Shown: positions 10,683 to 20,507 of the stretch, in pieces
Layout: the number at the start of each line of letters is the position of its first letter
Numbering within the stretch: the stretch's first letter is position 1
Notes under the pieces: model-generated
Database searches by the model: none
Told to the model about the DNA's origin: nothing
The model's input: only the letters and a program-made list of their open reading frames with translations
Translations under genes and position numbers: made by a program
Assembly: GCA_051252375.1 (NCBI GenBank)
Contig: JBPOFY010000001.1
Location: 224,001-288,000 of the forward strand
DNA: 64,000 nucleotides
Direction of reading: 5' to 3'
From: Opitutaceae bacterium
Lineage (GTDB): Bacteria > Verrucomicrobiota > Verrucomicrobiia > Opitutales > Coraliomargaritaceae

Positions 10683-11180
10683 ATGAAAATCACACTCCTA
10701 TCTATTATGCTCCTTTCAATACTCAGTCATTTTCTCGCCGCAGAGATCGAAGTCGGTGCTGCGGCCCCCGAAGTATCCGTGGCAGATCACTCTGGCAAAG
10801 TCATTGATCTTGGCGCTGCCCTCAAAGAAGGCACCTCCTTGGTTTTCTTTTACCCCAAAGCCCTCACCGGCGGCTGCACCAAACAAGCATGCAGCCTACG
10901 TGACGCGTGGGACGTTCTTAAAGAACGCGGTGTCACAGTTTATGGCGTATCCGCGGACACGGCGAAACTACAGAAAGAGTTCCGCGACCGCTACGAGTTC
11001 CCGTTCGCACTGATCTCGGACACCGACCAGGTAGTCTGCAAAGCATTCGGCAAAGGCAAATATAGCCGACAAGCCTATCTCTTCAAAGACGGCGTGCTCG
11101 TCTGGCGCGACCTCAAGGCCTCGACAACAAAACAAGCAGAGGACGTGCTAGCCGCCCTCGATGCATTGGAGGCTAAGTAG
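10683..11180 (+). CDS. bcp: Peroxiredoxin (Bcp/PrxQ family) with N-terminal signal sequence
   Basis: FFYPKALTGGCTKQAC motif after a hydrophobic N-terminus. Confidence 0.88.
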   Translation: MKITLLSIMLLSILSHFLAAEIEVGAAAPEVSVADHSGKVIDLGAALKEGTSLVFFYPKALTGGCTKQACSLRDAWDVLKERGVTVYGVSADTAKLQKEFRDRYEFPFALISDTDQVVCKAFGKGKYSRQAYLFKDGVLVWRDLKASTTKQAEDVLAALDALEAK

Positions 11181-11209
11181 CCCAGTCGTATCATGCGTTG
11201 CCAGAAGGC

Positions 11210-12196
11210 TTAGAAAAACAAGGCCTCTGAAAGGGCTTGCTCGGGTGCCAATGGTTTCACGCGGGTCGGGATCTTCTCCTTAGTCTTACCTAAGTAAGCT
11301 TCGATTTCACCGAGCGATCCATCGCTAAACTTTCGCCATTTGAAATAACGATCATCATCGTATTTCCACTCCAAAGACAACGAGCAGTCTGCATCTAGCC
11401 CATCACAGCCCTGGAGGATAAACTCGGCATTTTGTGCAGTGCAATCTTCACACTTCGTGCACTCACTCAGGCATTCTTTGACCCACTCCATCAAGCGCTG
11501 CCCTTCGCCGGTCATGCCTTCGCCATGCGAAACAATTACACTTTGTAACCCATGGCATAGGTCCTCGATTTTGTATCCGCTTAGAAACTGCCCCACTGCT
11601 TGACGCACTGGCAACAAGCGCGCCTTCGCCAAGTCACTGACATCATTCGCGGCGGGCCAGACCAAGTCACCAAAAGACTCTGGCTCCACGCTGCTGTCAT
11701 AGACACAGCGACGAACACCAACGAGTAGATTGTTAAAATACGTTTCTATCCGTGATGTTGGCACGCCGCTAAACCAGTGATAGGTAGGCAGATCCGGCTC
11801 TAACCAAACAGAAACCTGATTCGCCAAATAGCCGCAATCCTCTGACTTGTAGCTCAACAGCAAGGCCTCGCAACAGCACATTTCACGGTGCGACTCGCCG
11901 ATATAGCACTGGCTAAAAAGCTTCGCACTCATCGAGCCATCCCCAACATGTCGAGAAGGACAGAGCACAATAATCCGGCTAGGATAACGCTGCGCAAAAT
12001 GTAGAACCGCCTCAAAACGTTCAAGCGCTTCATCCGGAGTCACCTCCAGGCCGAAGTGCAGCACCACATTCATTTGTGACGCACGAAATTCATTTGCCGA
12101 ACTGGACGGACCTCCGTCCCACATAGTGGCAAGGCGAGCCGTCACCTCTCCCACGGGGAGTTCTATACCGGGCAAAGCATCTATTAAATCAGCCAT
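11210..12196 (-). CDS. opcA: Glucose-6-phosphate dehydrogenase assembly/effector protein OpcA
   Basis: Directly downstream of zwf; RASQMN, YPSRIIVL and PDLPTYHW motifs. Confidence 0.8.
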   Translation of the reverse strand: MADLIDALPGIELPVGEVTARLATMWDGGPSSSANEFRASQMNVVLHFGLEVTPDEALERFEAVLHFAQRYPSRIIVLCPSRHVGDGSMSAKLFSQCYIGESHREMCCCEALLLSYKSEDCGYLANQVSVWLEPDLPTYHWFSGVPTSRIETYFNNLLVGVRRCVYDSSVEPESFGDLVWPAANDVSDLAKARLLPVRQAVGQFLSGYKIEDLCHGLQSVIVSHGEGMTGEGQRLMEWVKECLSECTKCEDCTAQNAEFILQGCDGLDADCSLSLEWKYDDDRYFKWRKFSDGSLGEIEAYLGKTKEKIPTRVKPLAPEQALSEALFF

Positions 12197-12241
12197 AGGA
12201 ATATCCAATCAGGTTTAAGTCGATTATTCAGAAAGTTCGGA

Positions 12242-13795
12242 TCAACCCGAGCGACGCCACTGGTGATTTTTGGCCCAAAGTAAGCGTTCGCTCGCAAGAG
12301 GTCCCCAAGATCCGGACGCATATTCTTCCATACCATTCTGGCCGCACTCTTCCCAATGCTTGAGAATCGGCGTGATCAATTTCCAAGATGCTTCGGTTTC
12401 ATCACCACGAATGAAGAGCGTGCTGTCTCCAATCATCGCATCAAGAATCAGACGCTCATAGGCCTCCGGTGTATTTGACCCAAAAGTAGTGGAATAGCGG
12501 AAGTGCATCTTCACCGGTTGGGTACGCGTCTCCAATCCTGGGATCTTTGAGTTCATCACTAAAGTGACGCCTTCATCCGGCTGGATGCTGATCACCATTG
12601 TATTTGGCGCGACATTGAACTTCTTACCCTCCGAGAAGAGAATACCTGGAGGTCGCTTAAATTGGATCGCAATCTCACTCGCACGTCGCGCCATACGCTT
12701 GCCGGAGCGAATGTAGAAAGGCACACCCTGCCAACGCCAATTATTAATTGATAGGCGCAGTGCCGCGTATGTCTCGGTCGATGATTCGTCAGGAATCCCC
12801 TGCTCTTCCTTATAACCTTTAACTGGTTTGCCACTCACCAGACCATCTGTGTATCGAGCGCGAACGACATCACCGCCATCGTCTTTAAGCTCAAGTGGCT
12901 GAATCGCCTTCAAGACTTTCACCTTCTCATCGCGAATCGATTCCGGATCAAGCGACACAGGCGGTTCCATCGCAGTCAGCGCAACCAGCTGCATGGTATG
13001 ATTTTGAATCATGTCGCGCAGCGCACCACTGGTATCGTAGTAGCCGCCGCGTGTGCCGACACCGAGACTTTCCGCCACAGTGATTTGCACATTGTCCACA
13101 TACTCACGATTCCACATGGGCTCGAAAATCGAGTTGGCAAATCGCTGAACCAAAAGATCCTGCACCGTCTCCTTACCGAGGTAGTGGTCGATACGATAGA
13201 CTTGAGGCTCTTCAAAAACACTGTTGAGCGCTTTGTTCAATTCACGTGCCGACTCCAAATCGCGACCGAAGGGTTTTTCAATAATTACCTTTGAAGCCAG
13301 CTTGGTGTGCACATGTGCCTTCGCCATGCCGCTCTTCCCTAAATTACGAATAATGGGCTGAAACACTTCCGGTGGCGTTGAAATATAAAACAAGCGCTGC
13401 ACATCACGCCCAAGGTCACTCTCGATTTTATTAATTTTCGCCGCGAGAGACTTAAAAGCTTCGAGATCATCATAACCGCCATCATGGTAGATCATGTTAT
13501 GACGCACGCGCTCCCAAATCTCCTTATTCAACGGACGACGTGAGTGCTCATCAATCGCGGCATCCATCAAATCGCGAAAAGCGGCATCCTCAATCGGCTT
13601 ACGCCCGAAACCGATCAAGTGGAACTCTCCGGGCAGCAGATTATCCACTCCTAGGTTGAAAATAGCCGGCACCAGCTTACGGGCAGTCAAATCGCCCGAG
13701 GCACCAAAAATCACGACCACGGTCGGCGGTGCGCCACGGTGCTTACTTAAACCTTTCAAAAAAGGGTGTCTCGGTTCTTCAATTTGGTCAGTCAT
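12242..13795 (-). CDS. zwf: Glucose-6-phosphate 1-dehydrogenase
   Basis: GASGDL, EKPFG, RIDHYLGKE, RDMIQNH and WQGVPFY motifs. Confidence 0.98.
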   Translation of the reverse strand: MTDQIEEPRHPFLKGLSKHRGAPPTVVVIFGASGDLTARKLVPAIFNLGVDNLLPGEFHLIGFGRKPIEDAAFRDLMDAAIDEHSRRPLNKEIWERVRHNMIYHDGGYDDLEAFKSLAAKINKIESDLGRDVQRLFYISTPPEVFQPIIRNLGKSGMAKAHVHTKLASKVIIEKPFGRDLESARELNKALNSVFEEPQVYRIDHYLGKETVQDLLVQRFANSIFEPMWNREYVDNVQITVAESLGVGTRGGYYDTSGALRDMIQNHTMQLVALTAMEPPVSLDPESIRDEKVKVLKAIQPLELKDDGGDVVRARYTDGLVSGKPVKGYKEEQGIPDESSTETYAALRLSINNWRWQGVPFYIRSGKRMARRASEIAIQFKRPPGILFSEGKKFNVAPNTMVISIQPDEGVTLVMNSKIPGLETRTQPVKMHFRYSTTFGSNTPEAYERLILDAMIGDSTLFIRGDETEASWKLITPILKHWEECGQNGMEEYASGSWGPLASERLLWAKNHQWRRSG

Positions 13796-14255
13796 AACTT
13801 AAAGGTTTTTGAGCTTGGTAGTGTTTACTAAAAAGAGGGACATTTGCGTAATGGCGGACATCTCCACTGCCACTGTTGGAAATCGCAACGTCTATGATGT
13901 CAAAGCGGAAGTGTTTTGGCGGATTTTGCAATTGCTTTAAATAGTTCTTATATCCGCGCCGCAAAACCTCTTTTTTATGACGATCTACGGAATGAAAGCC
14001 AGAAACCAGTGCATTTTCGCTTCTAGCCCTCACTTCCACGAAGACCAGAACCTCCCCGTCGCGACAGATAATATCGACCTCATCCCTTTTGTAGCGCCAG
14101 TTCCGAGCGATTACCTTATAACCTAAAGTGCGCCGACAATAATCCGCAGCTAGGTCTTCACCGAAAGTGCCACGCTCCGCTCGAGTGCTGTCCCCAGATA
14201 TGCGTTTCTCACGAATACCGAAAATTCGCTCACGGATGAGATGAATAATATTCAC
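13788..14255 (-). CDS. yraN: YraN family (UPF0102) putative endonuclease
   Basis: GxxGE, ARNWR, EVDII, VFVEVRAR and RFDII; start uncertain (GTG 14255); overlaps the zwf start. Confidence 0.85.
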   Translation of the reverse strand: MNIIHLIRERIFGIREKRISGDSTRAERGTFGEDLAADYCRRTLGYKVIARNWRYKRDEVDIICRDGEVLVFVEVRARSENALVSGFHSVDRHKKEVLRRGYKNYLKQLQNPPKHFRFDIIDVAISNSGSGDVRHYANVPLFSKHYQAQKPLSYD

Positions 14256-14338
14256 AGGCAGTTTACGCGTTGATGACAGTCGATAGTTGGTTAATTCTCC
14301 ACTTTTCAGATTTCCAATAGACCACGAATCGCCGCTTC

Positions 14339-15424
14339 TTGAAACAACAAAGCAACAACGCCCCCATAGAGAACACCCTGATCGTCGGTTCCGGCCTTGC
14401 AGGCTGCCTTTTAGCGTGGCGACTCCAAGAGCGCGGACTGCCTTTCCAAATAGTCGGCAGCACGGCACTTCCCAACGCGTGGTCCGTCGCGGCGGGTCTG
14501 ATTAATCCAGTCACTGGGAAATGGATGACTAAAAGCTGGAACATCGATCAGCTCATCCCTGAGGCTGAGCAAACATACCGAGCCATAGAGCACGCCCTCG
14601 ACATCGAGATCTATCACCCGATGCCTTTCCGCCGCTACTGCCAAAACATGGAAGATGTAAAACGCTGTGGTCGGCGTAGTCGCAATCCTCGCTACGCCAA
14701 TGTGTTGAGTGAGCATGTTCCGGTCGGATCCGGCCCGGATGCCATCGTCGACACGCACGGCAGCTTCGAAATCCATCAAGCCAGCTACGTCGATCTACCC
14801 ATACTCATTTCAGCATTGCAGGCTCATTTTCAACAAAGCGGCCGCCTGCGCGATGAAACCTTCGTCCACGCAGAACTTGAAAGAATACCTGAAGGATGGC
14901 GCTACAAAGACAACGAAGCCCAACGTATCATTTTCTGCGAAGGCATGGGGATACAAAATAATCCCTGGTTTAATTATCTACCCATGTCCCCCGCGAAGGG
15001 CGAAACACTCATACTGACATCCGACACACTAGAACTCCCAAAAACGGCCTACCACCATACCAAGTGGCTCCTCCCTTACAAAGATCGCAGTTTTCGAATT
15101 GGCGCGACTTACGACGACAACGACTTCAGCCACGAACCCACTGAATCCGGCAAAGCCGAGTTGCTCAAGCACGCTCGGGCTTTCATAAAACCTGAGCACA
15201 CGCTAGAAGTCCAAAAGCACATGGCGGGCATACGCCCGATGACAAAAGATGTCCGTCCTTTCCTCGGCACACATCCCAACGAAGCCCACCTGCATATCCT
15301 GAATGGACTCGGCTCCAAAGGTGCATCACTCGCCCCGGAAATGACCAAACAACTTCTGAGCCACCTTTTTGACGGCGAACCACTCGACCCCGAAGTTGAT
15401 ATCACCCGCTTTATGGAACAATAA
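14339..15424 (+). CDS. FAD-dependent oxidoreductase (DAO/glycine oxidase family, MnmC oxidase-like)
   Basis: IVGSGLAG Rossmann motif, AAGLINP, KGE, GATY, AGIRP and NGLGSKG. Confidence 0.8.
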   Translation: MKQQSNNAPIENTLIVGSGLAGCLLAWRLQERGLPFQIVGSTALPNAWSVAAGLINPVTGKWMTKSWNIDQLIPEAEQTYRAIEHALDIEIYHPMPFRRYCQNMEDVKRCGRRSRNPRYANVLSEHVPVGSGPDAIVDTHGSFEIHQASYVDLPILISALQAHFQQSGRLRDETFVHAELERIPEGWRYKDNEAQRIIFCEGMGIQNNPWFNYLPMSPAKGETLILTSDTLELPKTAYHHTKWLLPYKDRSFRIGATYDDNDFSHEPTESGKAELLKHARAFIKPEHTLEVQKHMAGIRPMTKDVRPFLGTHPNEAHLHILNGLGSKGASLAPEMTKQLLSHLFDGEPLDPEVDITRFMEQ

Positions 15425-15437
15425 TTCCAGCCCTGCA

Positions 15438-15472
15438 CTTTCAGTTTTCAGTTCTCAGTTCTCAGTTTTTCA
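15438..15472 (+). repeat. Heptamer tandem array (TTYTCAG) x5
   Basis: ctttcag ttttcag ttctcag ttctcag tttttca, immediately before the next ATG. Confidence 0.75.
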
Positions 15473-15476
15473 AAAA

Positions 15477-16034
15477 ATGCACCTTACCGAACTCGCACAT
15501 CAATACCTTGAAGCGCACCTACACATTGGTGATCTGGCAATTGATGCCACCGCAGGCAACGGGCATGACACGCTAAAAATGGCTGAGCTCGTTGGCAACA
15601 CAGGCAAAGTTTTTGGCATCGATATCCAAACCGCTGCAATCGAAGCCACACTCACACGTCTCACTGATGCCAATCAAAGCAAGCAATGCCAACTAATCGA
15701 AGGGGATCATGCCGATGCCTTAGCCGCCCTTTGCGAGCACCACAAATCAAACATCACAGCGATGACCTTCAACCTTGGGTATCTCCCGGGAAGCGACAAA
15801 AGCGTCCAAACAAAGCCCGAAGCTACCTTGCGCGCGCTTAACTTTGCACAACAACTGCTGCACCCCAAAGGAGTGTTACTCGTCACCGCCTATCGCGGTC
15901 ATGAAGGTGGGCTTGAAGAGTCGAAGCATGTCGAAGCATGGATGCTTGCCCGCAAAGCTGAAGGCGCAAAAATCGAAACACACGAGCCGACCGCGAACCG
16001 GATCCCGCCGATTTTATGGGTCTATCGGACCTGA
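15477..16034 (+). CDS. mnmM: tRNA mnm5(s2)U34 methyltransferase, MnmM/YtqB type
   Basis: DATAGNGHDT, IDIQ, FNLGYLPGSDK and YRGHEGG, the YtqB-family signature. Confidence 0.8.
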   Translation: MHLTELAHQYLEAHLHIGDLAIDATAGNGHDTLKMAELVGNTGKVFGIDIQTAAIEATLTRLTDANQSKQCQLIEGDHADALAALCEHHKSNITAMTFNLGYLPGSDKSVQTKPEATLRALNFAQQLLHPKGVLLVTAYRGHEGGLEESKHVEAWMLARKAEGAKIETHEPTANRIPPILWVYRT

Positions 16035-16047
16035 GTGACTAACCGCA

Positions 16048-16117
16048 CGGCGACGACGGAGCGTCGCCCTCCAAAGCACGCGAGTATAGCTGGAGGGTTG
16101 CGCTCCGTCGCAACCGC
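16048..16117. repeat. Inverted pair of REP-like hairpins between convergent genes
   Basis: Minus strand TGGAGGG-CGACG-CTCCGT-CGTCG-CCG (16048-16073); plus strand TGGAGGG-TTGCG-CTCCGT-CGCAA-CCGC (16091-16117). Confidence 0.8.
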
Positions 16118-16154
16118 CGAACTACAATCGATCAAGCCTTTCAGATGAACTGAC

Positions 16155-18551
16155 TTATTGGACGGTGCTCAGCATTCCGAAATCAACGCTCTGCAATTCC
16201 AGGAAATCACCTTCATATTGACGAGAGCTGACAAAGTGAATGCGCACATCGTATGCTCGTTCCGGCGAACGGAACGGAATAACGATTCGCTGCGCGCCAT
16301 CAGAAGCTCCCCATGCCAATTGTAGAGGAATGTTGGTTTGTAAACGTTTCCCGTTCTGATCTGTCCACAATAGTTTTATATGTGTGCGATTGTCTGGACT
16401 TACTTTCCAGCGCAATGTCGCATCGAGTAAATAGTTTCGCTCAGGCGCCACTGCCACGTCTCTGAAAACTGAAAAGACATCTGCTCCACTAACATGAATA
16501 CCTGTATCAAAACCCTTCGCCGAGGTGACTTGCAGATGCTCTGATGGCCTAAAATCAAAATACCAACCAGGCACAACAGGCAGCTCTGGGCCGAGGAAAT
16601 TCCGTGTATATGTTCCTTGATGTTTGAGTCCAGGATTAGTCAAAGTCGATCGAACAGTCGACGCATCTTCCACCCAATGACTCAGCCCGAAACGATCTTC
16701 ATCGGAAGACAGTTGCCCAATTTGAGCCAATACCGCGAATGCCAAAGGCTCAGGGTCCGACTGAAAGACTTTTAAGAATGTATTCAATCGAGCATGCAGC
16801 GGCTGAGCGACTATCGCCTTTGCCGTTACAAAATATTGATCACGAGCTTCTTTGTATTTCCGCAATGCGTCCCCAGTTTCTGGACCTCCACGCAACGCAT
16901 AATCCACCAGTTGACGACGCGTTTGGTGAAACGCGGCATACACTTCTGTAAATACAAATGCTTCCGAGACAATTTCTACACGTGCGAGTCGGCGCGGATC
17001 ACCAGCTACTTGCGACGCTGCTTCCGATAGCAATGATCGCATTTGCAATAGCACGCCTGCATCAAACATCCCGACCCCTGCCTCATCTAAATAAAACTTA
17101 ATCCAATCCGCCTTGCCTTCGTTTGCATTGCGATACACCTCCGCAGTTTCATAAAACGCACGCATCGGCACAGCAGCCGCTCCGAAGAAATGACGGTAAT
17201 ACTCTTCCAATAAAACATCCGCGCTCTGCGCGGGGTCCCACAACAGCTCTGCAGTCAACCAAGCTTTCGCGCCATCTAATCCCCAGGCTGATGGCAGTTG
17301 AGAGTAAAAGACATCTACACCATTCGTATTCAAATACTTGATACTTTCGTCAATCCAATGATTCATTTGACGCGGATAAGGATACGGTGCTCCAAAATAA
17401 TAATCCCATGTGCCGACACGTTCCGCGCCCGACTCTACCCAACGATGAATCAACGCTTTATCTTCTGCCCGATAATCTGCGTCATGCCACTGCGCGCGAT
17501 CAGAAGTCAACACAGGCATCACTCGAGGGTGTATCTTGATGCTAGGCGATGGCTCTGTCCAATAATATGACAGCGCGGTCAAATAGCGGTCTTCACCATG
17601 CGCTGTTTGCCAGGCACCACCCTCATCAAACACCTTTTCGGCGACCGCATTCATAAACCCAAAAACATAGTCGGTGTAATCGGGACGGGTTCTAAAGTAA
17701 GTCAGTGGATCGACTTTGGACTGCGTCAGTGGTGACTCATCGAACATCACATTGTCATTGATCGAGAGGGAAAAGCTGTTGCCATTCGGATTTGCTTCAA
17801 AATATCGAAGTGCTGCCGCTGCAGCGAGTTCGACTGCTCTAGGTTGTGCGAGATTGGGTTGCGGATCGACCGCACCACTGCCTTTTGGACGGCGCTTGCG
17901 CCCATGCACAAGTGAGAAAACTTCTGGTTCGGCGTCAAATAACTCAGCGGTGAATACTTTAGCGAGAGCATGATTGAACTGGAATTCCTGACTCAATCGG
18001 TTCCGCCGACCGAAGTCAGTGCTTGCCGGATGTAGTGCTCTCTGAATAAACGCGGGGGTTTCGACCCAATGTTGCCGAGGGAATTTCGAGGGCACTTCAC
18101 CGACATACTCTAAACCGATTTCGCTCGGCCAATACCAACGTGCGCCGAGCACCTCACCACAGAGGGCATAGACACCATTCGCGAGTCCCTCTTGAGAAGC
18201 CGCATCGATAATAATACGTGAACGGACCCGACGAATGCGAAAGCTGCCGGTCGAGTCAAATGACTTTCGAAGCTTCAATACAATCGATTCCTTTGGAGGT
18301 CGCTCCGTCGCCTCAAATTGCTTGAGCAACGTGCCGTCTACGCGTTCTCGATATACCGACTGCAAATCGTTTATTGCGGCTGACAATGCTGCGCTGGGAT
18401 TCTCAATAGGCACAAGCACTTGTATAGAATCCAACGACAAGTGTGCAGATCCGAGCATACGCTGAGCCTGCCAGCTAGCGGCACGCTCACTAGCGCCGAC
18501 TACACCACAGGTGAGTATACAGAGAATGACTGCTATGTAGAATGATCGCAT
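16155..18551 (-). CDS. Secreted DUF4838-like protein (glycoside hydrolase-like)
   Basis: Signal peptide; NGVY, LGARWYWP, SLSINDN, WDYY and AELLWDP pattern; family assigned by eye. Confidence 0.6.
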   Translation of the reverse strand: MRSFYIAVILCILTCGVVGASERAASWQAQRMLGSAHLSLDSIQVLVPIENPSAALSAAINDLQSVYRERVDGTLLKQFEATERPPKESIVLKLRKSFDSTGSFRIRRVRSRIIIDAASQEGLANGVYALCGEVLGARWYWPSEIGLEYVGEVPSKFPRQHWVETPAFIQRALHPASTDFGRRNRLSQEFQFNHALAKVFTAELFDAEPEVFSLVHGRKRRPKGSGAVDPQPNLAQPRAVELAAAAALRYFEANPNGNSFSLSINDNVMFDESPLTQSKVDPLTYFRTRPDYTDYVFGFMNAVAEKVFDEGGAWQTAHGEDRYLTALSYYWTEPSPSIKIHPRVMPVLTSDRAQWHDADYRAEDKALIHRWVESGAERVGTWDYYFGAPYPYPRQMNHWIDESIKYLNTNGVDVFYSQLPSAWGLDGAKAWLTAELLWDPAQSADVLLEEYYRHFFGAAAVPMRAFYETAEVYRNANEGKADWIKFYLDEAGVGMFDAGVLLQMRSLLSEAASQVAGDPRRLARVEIVSEAFVFTEVYAAFHQTRRQLVDYALRGGPETGDALRKYKEARDQYFVTAKAIVAQPLHARLNTFLKVFQSDPEPLAFAVLAQIGQLSSDEDRFGLSHWVEDASTVRSTLTNPGLKHQGTYTRNFLGPELPVVPGWYFDFRPSEHLQVTSAKGFDTGIHVSGADVFSVFRDVAVAPERNYLLDATLRWKVSPDNRTHIKLLWTDQNGKRLQTNIPLQLAWGASDGAQRIVIPFRSPERAYDVRIHFVSSRQYEGDFLELQSVDFGMLSTVQ

Positions 18552-18643
18552 CGGTTAAGCTGCATTGCATGGATTTCGCGAATGCTAGCAAAAGAATTCT
18601 GATCGATGATCATGAAGTCATGCTCCTTGCATCAAATGGGCAC

Positions 18644-18676
18644 AAAAAAGAGGCGCCCGCTAATGCGGACGCCTCT
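18644..18676 (-). terminator. Intrinsic terminator of the OmcB-like gene
   Basis: Hairpin gaggcgcccgc-taat-gcggacgcctc with an A-run on the plus strand (U-tract on the minus transcript). Confidence 0.8.
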
Positions 18677-18700
18677 GAAAGAGTCGGAACTCAACAGGTT

Positions 18701-20305
18701 TTAGTAAACCTGTGTGGCTTCTTCTTCAGGAACTGGAGTCTTGAGGAGATCAGAAGTCATTTGCGCACGGAAGCGTGAGTCGCCTTCGGAGACGGCTTCT
18801 GCAACAACGCGGAACTCGATGATCTGTTTAGCCCTCAGCACTGGGTAATCAGCGAAGTTTACATTGTTTCCAGAGATAGTGCCCTTTGTGTCACCAGCTG
18901 CAGATACAACCTTGAGACCAGCTGGAAGTTGAACCTTAAGTCCAACGTTTGTATCCTGTGCTGTTCCTTGGTTAGTGATTTGGATCACGTATGTAGTTTG
19001 CTCGCCGATAAGAAGAGGATCTTCTGTGTCGATAACTTCGATGAGAAGTGCTGGGTAGCCGCGCCATTCGGTGCAAGCATCATCAGAACCGCTCAAGCCG
19101 TAAGCTGCAGAGTTTGCGCTAACTTGGTTGCAGTATGTGCCTTCTTGGAGACCGAGAACAGTAAGCTTGAAGCTCTTGGATTCACCAGCAGCGAGGCTAG
19201 TTGTCCATGTAGCAGTGTTACCGTTGATCTGTGCACCAGGAGCAGTGAGCAACTTGTTTTGTGCAGGAACATTGTCTGTAACGACAACGTCTGTAAGTGG
19301 CACATCACCAGTGTTGGTTGCTGTGATAGTGTAAGAAGCTTGCTTACCAACGAATTGCATTGGTGTGCCTTCCTTAACAACATCAAGACCAGCTTCCACA
19401 ACCTTTACACAAGCGTCGTCAGAAACGGAACCGGCGTTAGAGGAATCAGCTTTAGCAACGTTGCAATGCTCACCAGTTGCAGCAGCAGTGGTGTTAACTG
19501 TTACGTCACGGCTTTCACCCGGAGCGAGTGTGCCAATGTTTGTTGTAAGAGTGCTGTTACCGCTCTCATGAGCAACACCTGCTGGAAGTGTGTCTGTAAG
19601 AACTACATCGTATGCACAGAAGTTACCAACGTTGGTCACTGTGATGTTCCAAGGAACACCAGCACCAAGAAGAACTTGTGGGTTTGGAGTAGTCTTTACG
19701 ATAGCAAGCTCAGGAACACCAACAGATGTTGTTGTGCAAGCTTCTGGATATGCAACAACTGTAGCACAGTTGCTGAAGTCAGCTGCTTTATTTGCCTTAA
19801 CGACAAGCTCAAGCGGAGTTGTGGAACCCTTCTCTACGTTGTAGAGTGTCCATGTAACTGTGCTGCCTTTTACTTCAGCTGCAGGATTACTGGAAACATA
19901 AGTTGTGCCAGCAGGAATTTGCTCTTCAACAACGATCTTCTTCGCTTTTTCCTTAGCTGTAACTGTGTAGTTGTAGCTGAAAGGAGTGTTAAGCGCGACC
20001 ATTGCTGGTGCAGACTTATCAAGGCGAACGAGTGACTTGTTTACGTAGTCAGTGACAACGCCAGAATCGCAATCAGCAACAGGTGCTGGAGCAACTTTTT
20101 TAGGAGCTGGTGCTGGCTTATCCTTGTTATAGTCATGGATGTGGCGGTTACCAGATGGAGTCTTCAAGTTGAAGACTGTTGTATCAGGAGAATCTGACAC
20201 AGTGAAATTCTTGCCAGCATCGACTGCAGCGAAAAGCTGAGTGGCCGAGAGGGCTAAGAATCCTACCAATGCAGAAGCTCCAAGGAACTTTTTCATTATA
20301 TTCAT
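18701..20305 (-). CDS. OmcB-like DUF11-repeat envelope protein
   Basis: Signal peptide; repeated DUF11 units (YTITxTNxG, VVTDxxP, LAPGES); VIDTEDP, ITNQGTAQDTNV and C-terminal PVPEEEATQVY resemble chlamydial OmcB; 8 Cys. Confidence 0.8.
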   Translation of the reverse strand: MNIMKKFLGASALVGFLALSATQLFAAVDAGKNFTVSDSPDTTVFNLKTPSGNRHIHDYNKDKPAPAPKKVAPAPVADCDSGVVTDYVNKSLVRLDKSAPAMVALNTPFSYNYTVTAKEKAKKIVVEEQIPAGTTYVSSNPAAEVKGSTVTWTLYNVEKGSTTPLELVVKANKAADFSNCATVVAYPEACTTTSVGVPELAIVKTTPNPQVLLGAGVPWNITVTNVGNFCAYDVVLTDTLPAGVAHESGNSTLTTNIGTLAPGESRDVTVNTTAAATGEHCNVAKADSSNAGSVSDDACVKVVEAGLDVVKEGTPMQFVGKQASYTITATNTGDVPLTDVVVTDNVPAQNKLLTAPGAQINGNTATWTTSLAAGESKSFKLTVLGLQEGTYCNQVSANSAAYGLSGSDDACTEWRGYPALLIEVIDTEDPLLIGEQTTYVIQITNQGTAQDTNVGLKVQLPAGLKVVSAAGDTKGTISGNNVNFADYPVLRAKQIIEFRVVAEAVSEGDSRFRAQMTSDLLKTPVPEEEATQVY

Positions 20306-20507
20306 ATTATTGTGTGTGTGGTTACTTTGTATGTGAAGCGAACGGCGCGTCCGCGCATCTCAAATTTAAAGATGAACTAAACACCTTAGCACAGAATAAC
20401 GGTAAATCGAGTAAAAATATTATTTAAACTCCATAAGATGTGCTAACTGGAGCAACTTCCTATAGTCATACTGCTTCTTCAGGACTTGCAGCACATACGC
20501 CAAATAC

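Noticed and set aside
14256..14468. Long N-terminal extensions in the ORF track (yraN, DUF4870, lysA, pyrG, mnmM, sulfotransferase)
   Set aside because: They overlap neighbouring genes, repeats or leader regions and precede the family-typical starts, so shorter starts were used.
18929..20035. 368-aa Cys-rich ORF antisense to the OmcB-like gene
   Set aside because: A shadow of the strong codon bias of the real gene; no recognisable motifs.
20386..20446. TTAGCACA...TGTGCTAA as an HrcA CIRCE element
   Set aside because: The half-sites are 45 bp apart rather than 9 and lack the CTC/GAG core; it may be another operator but I cannot support that.
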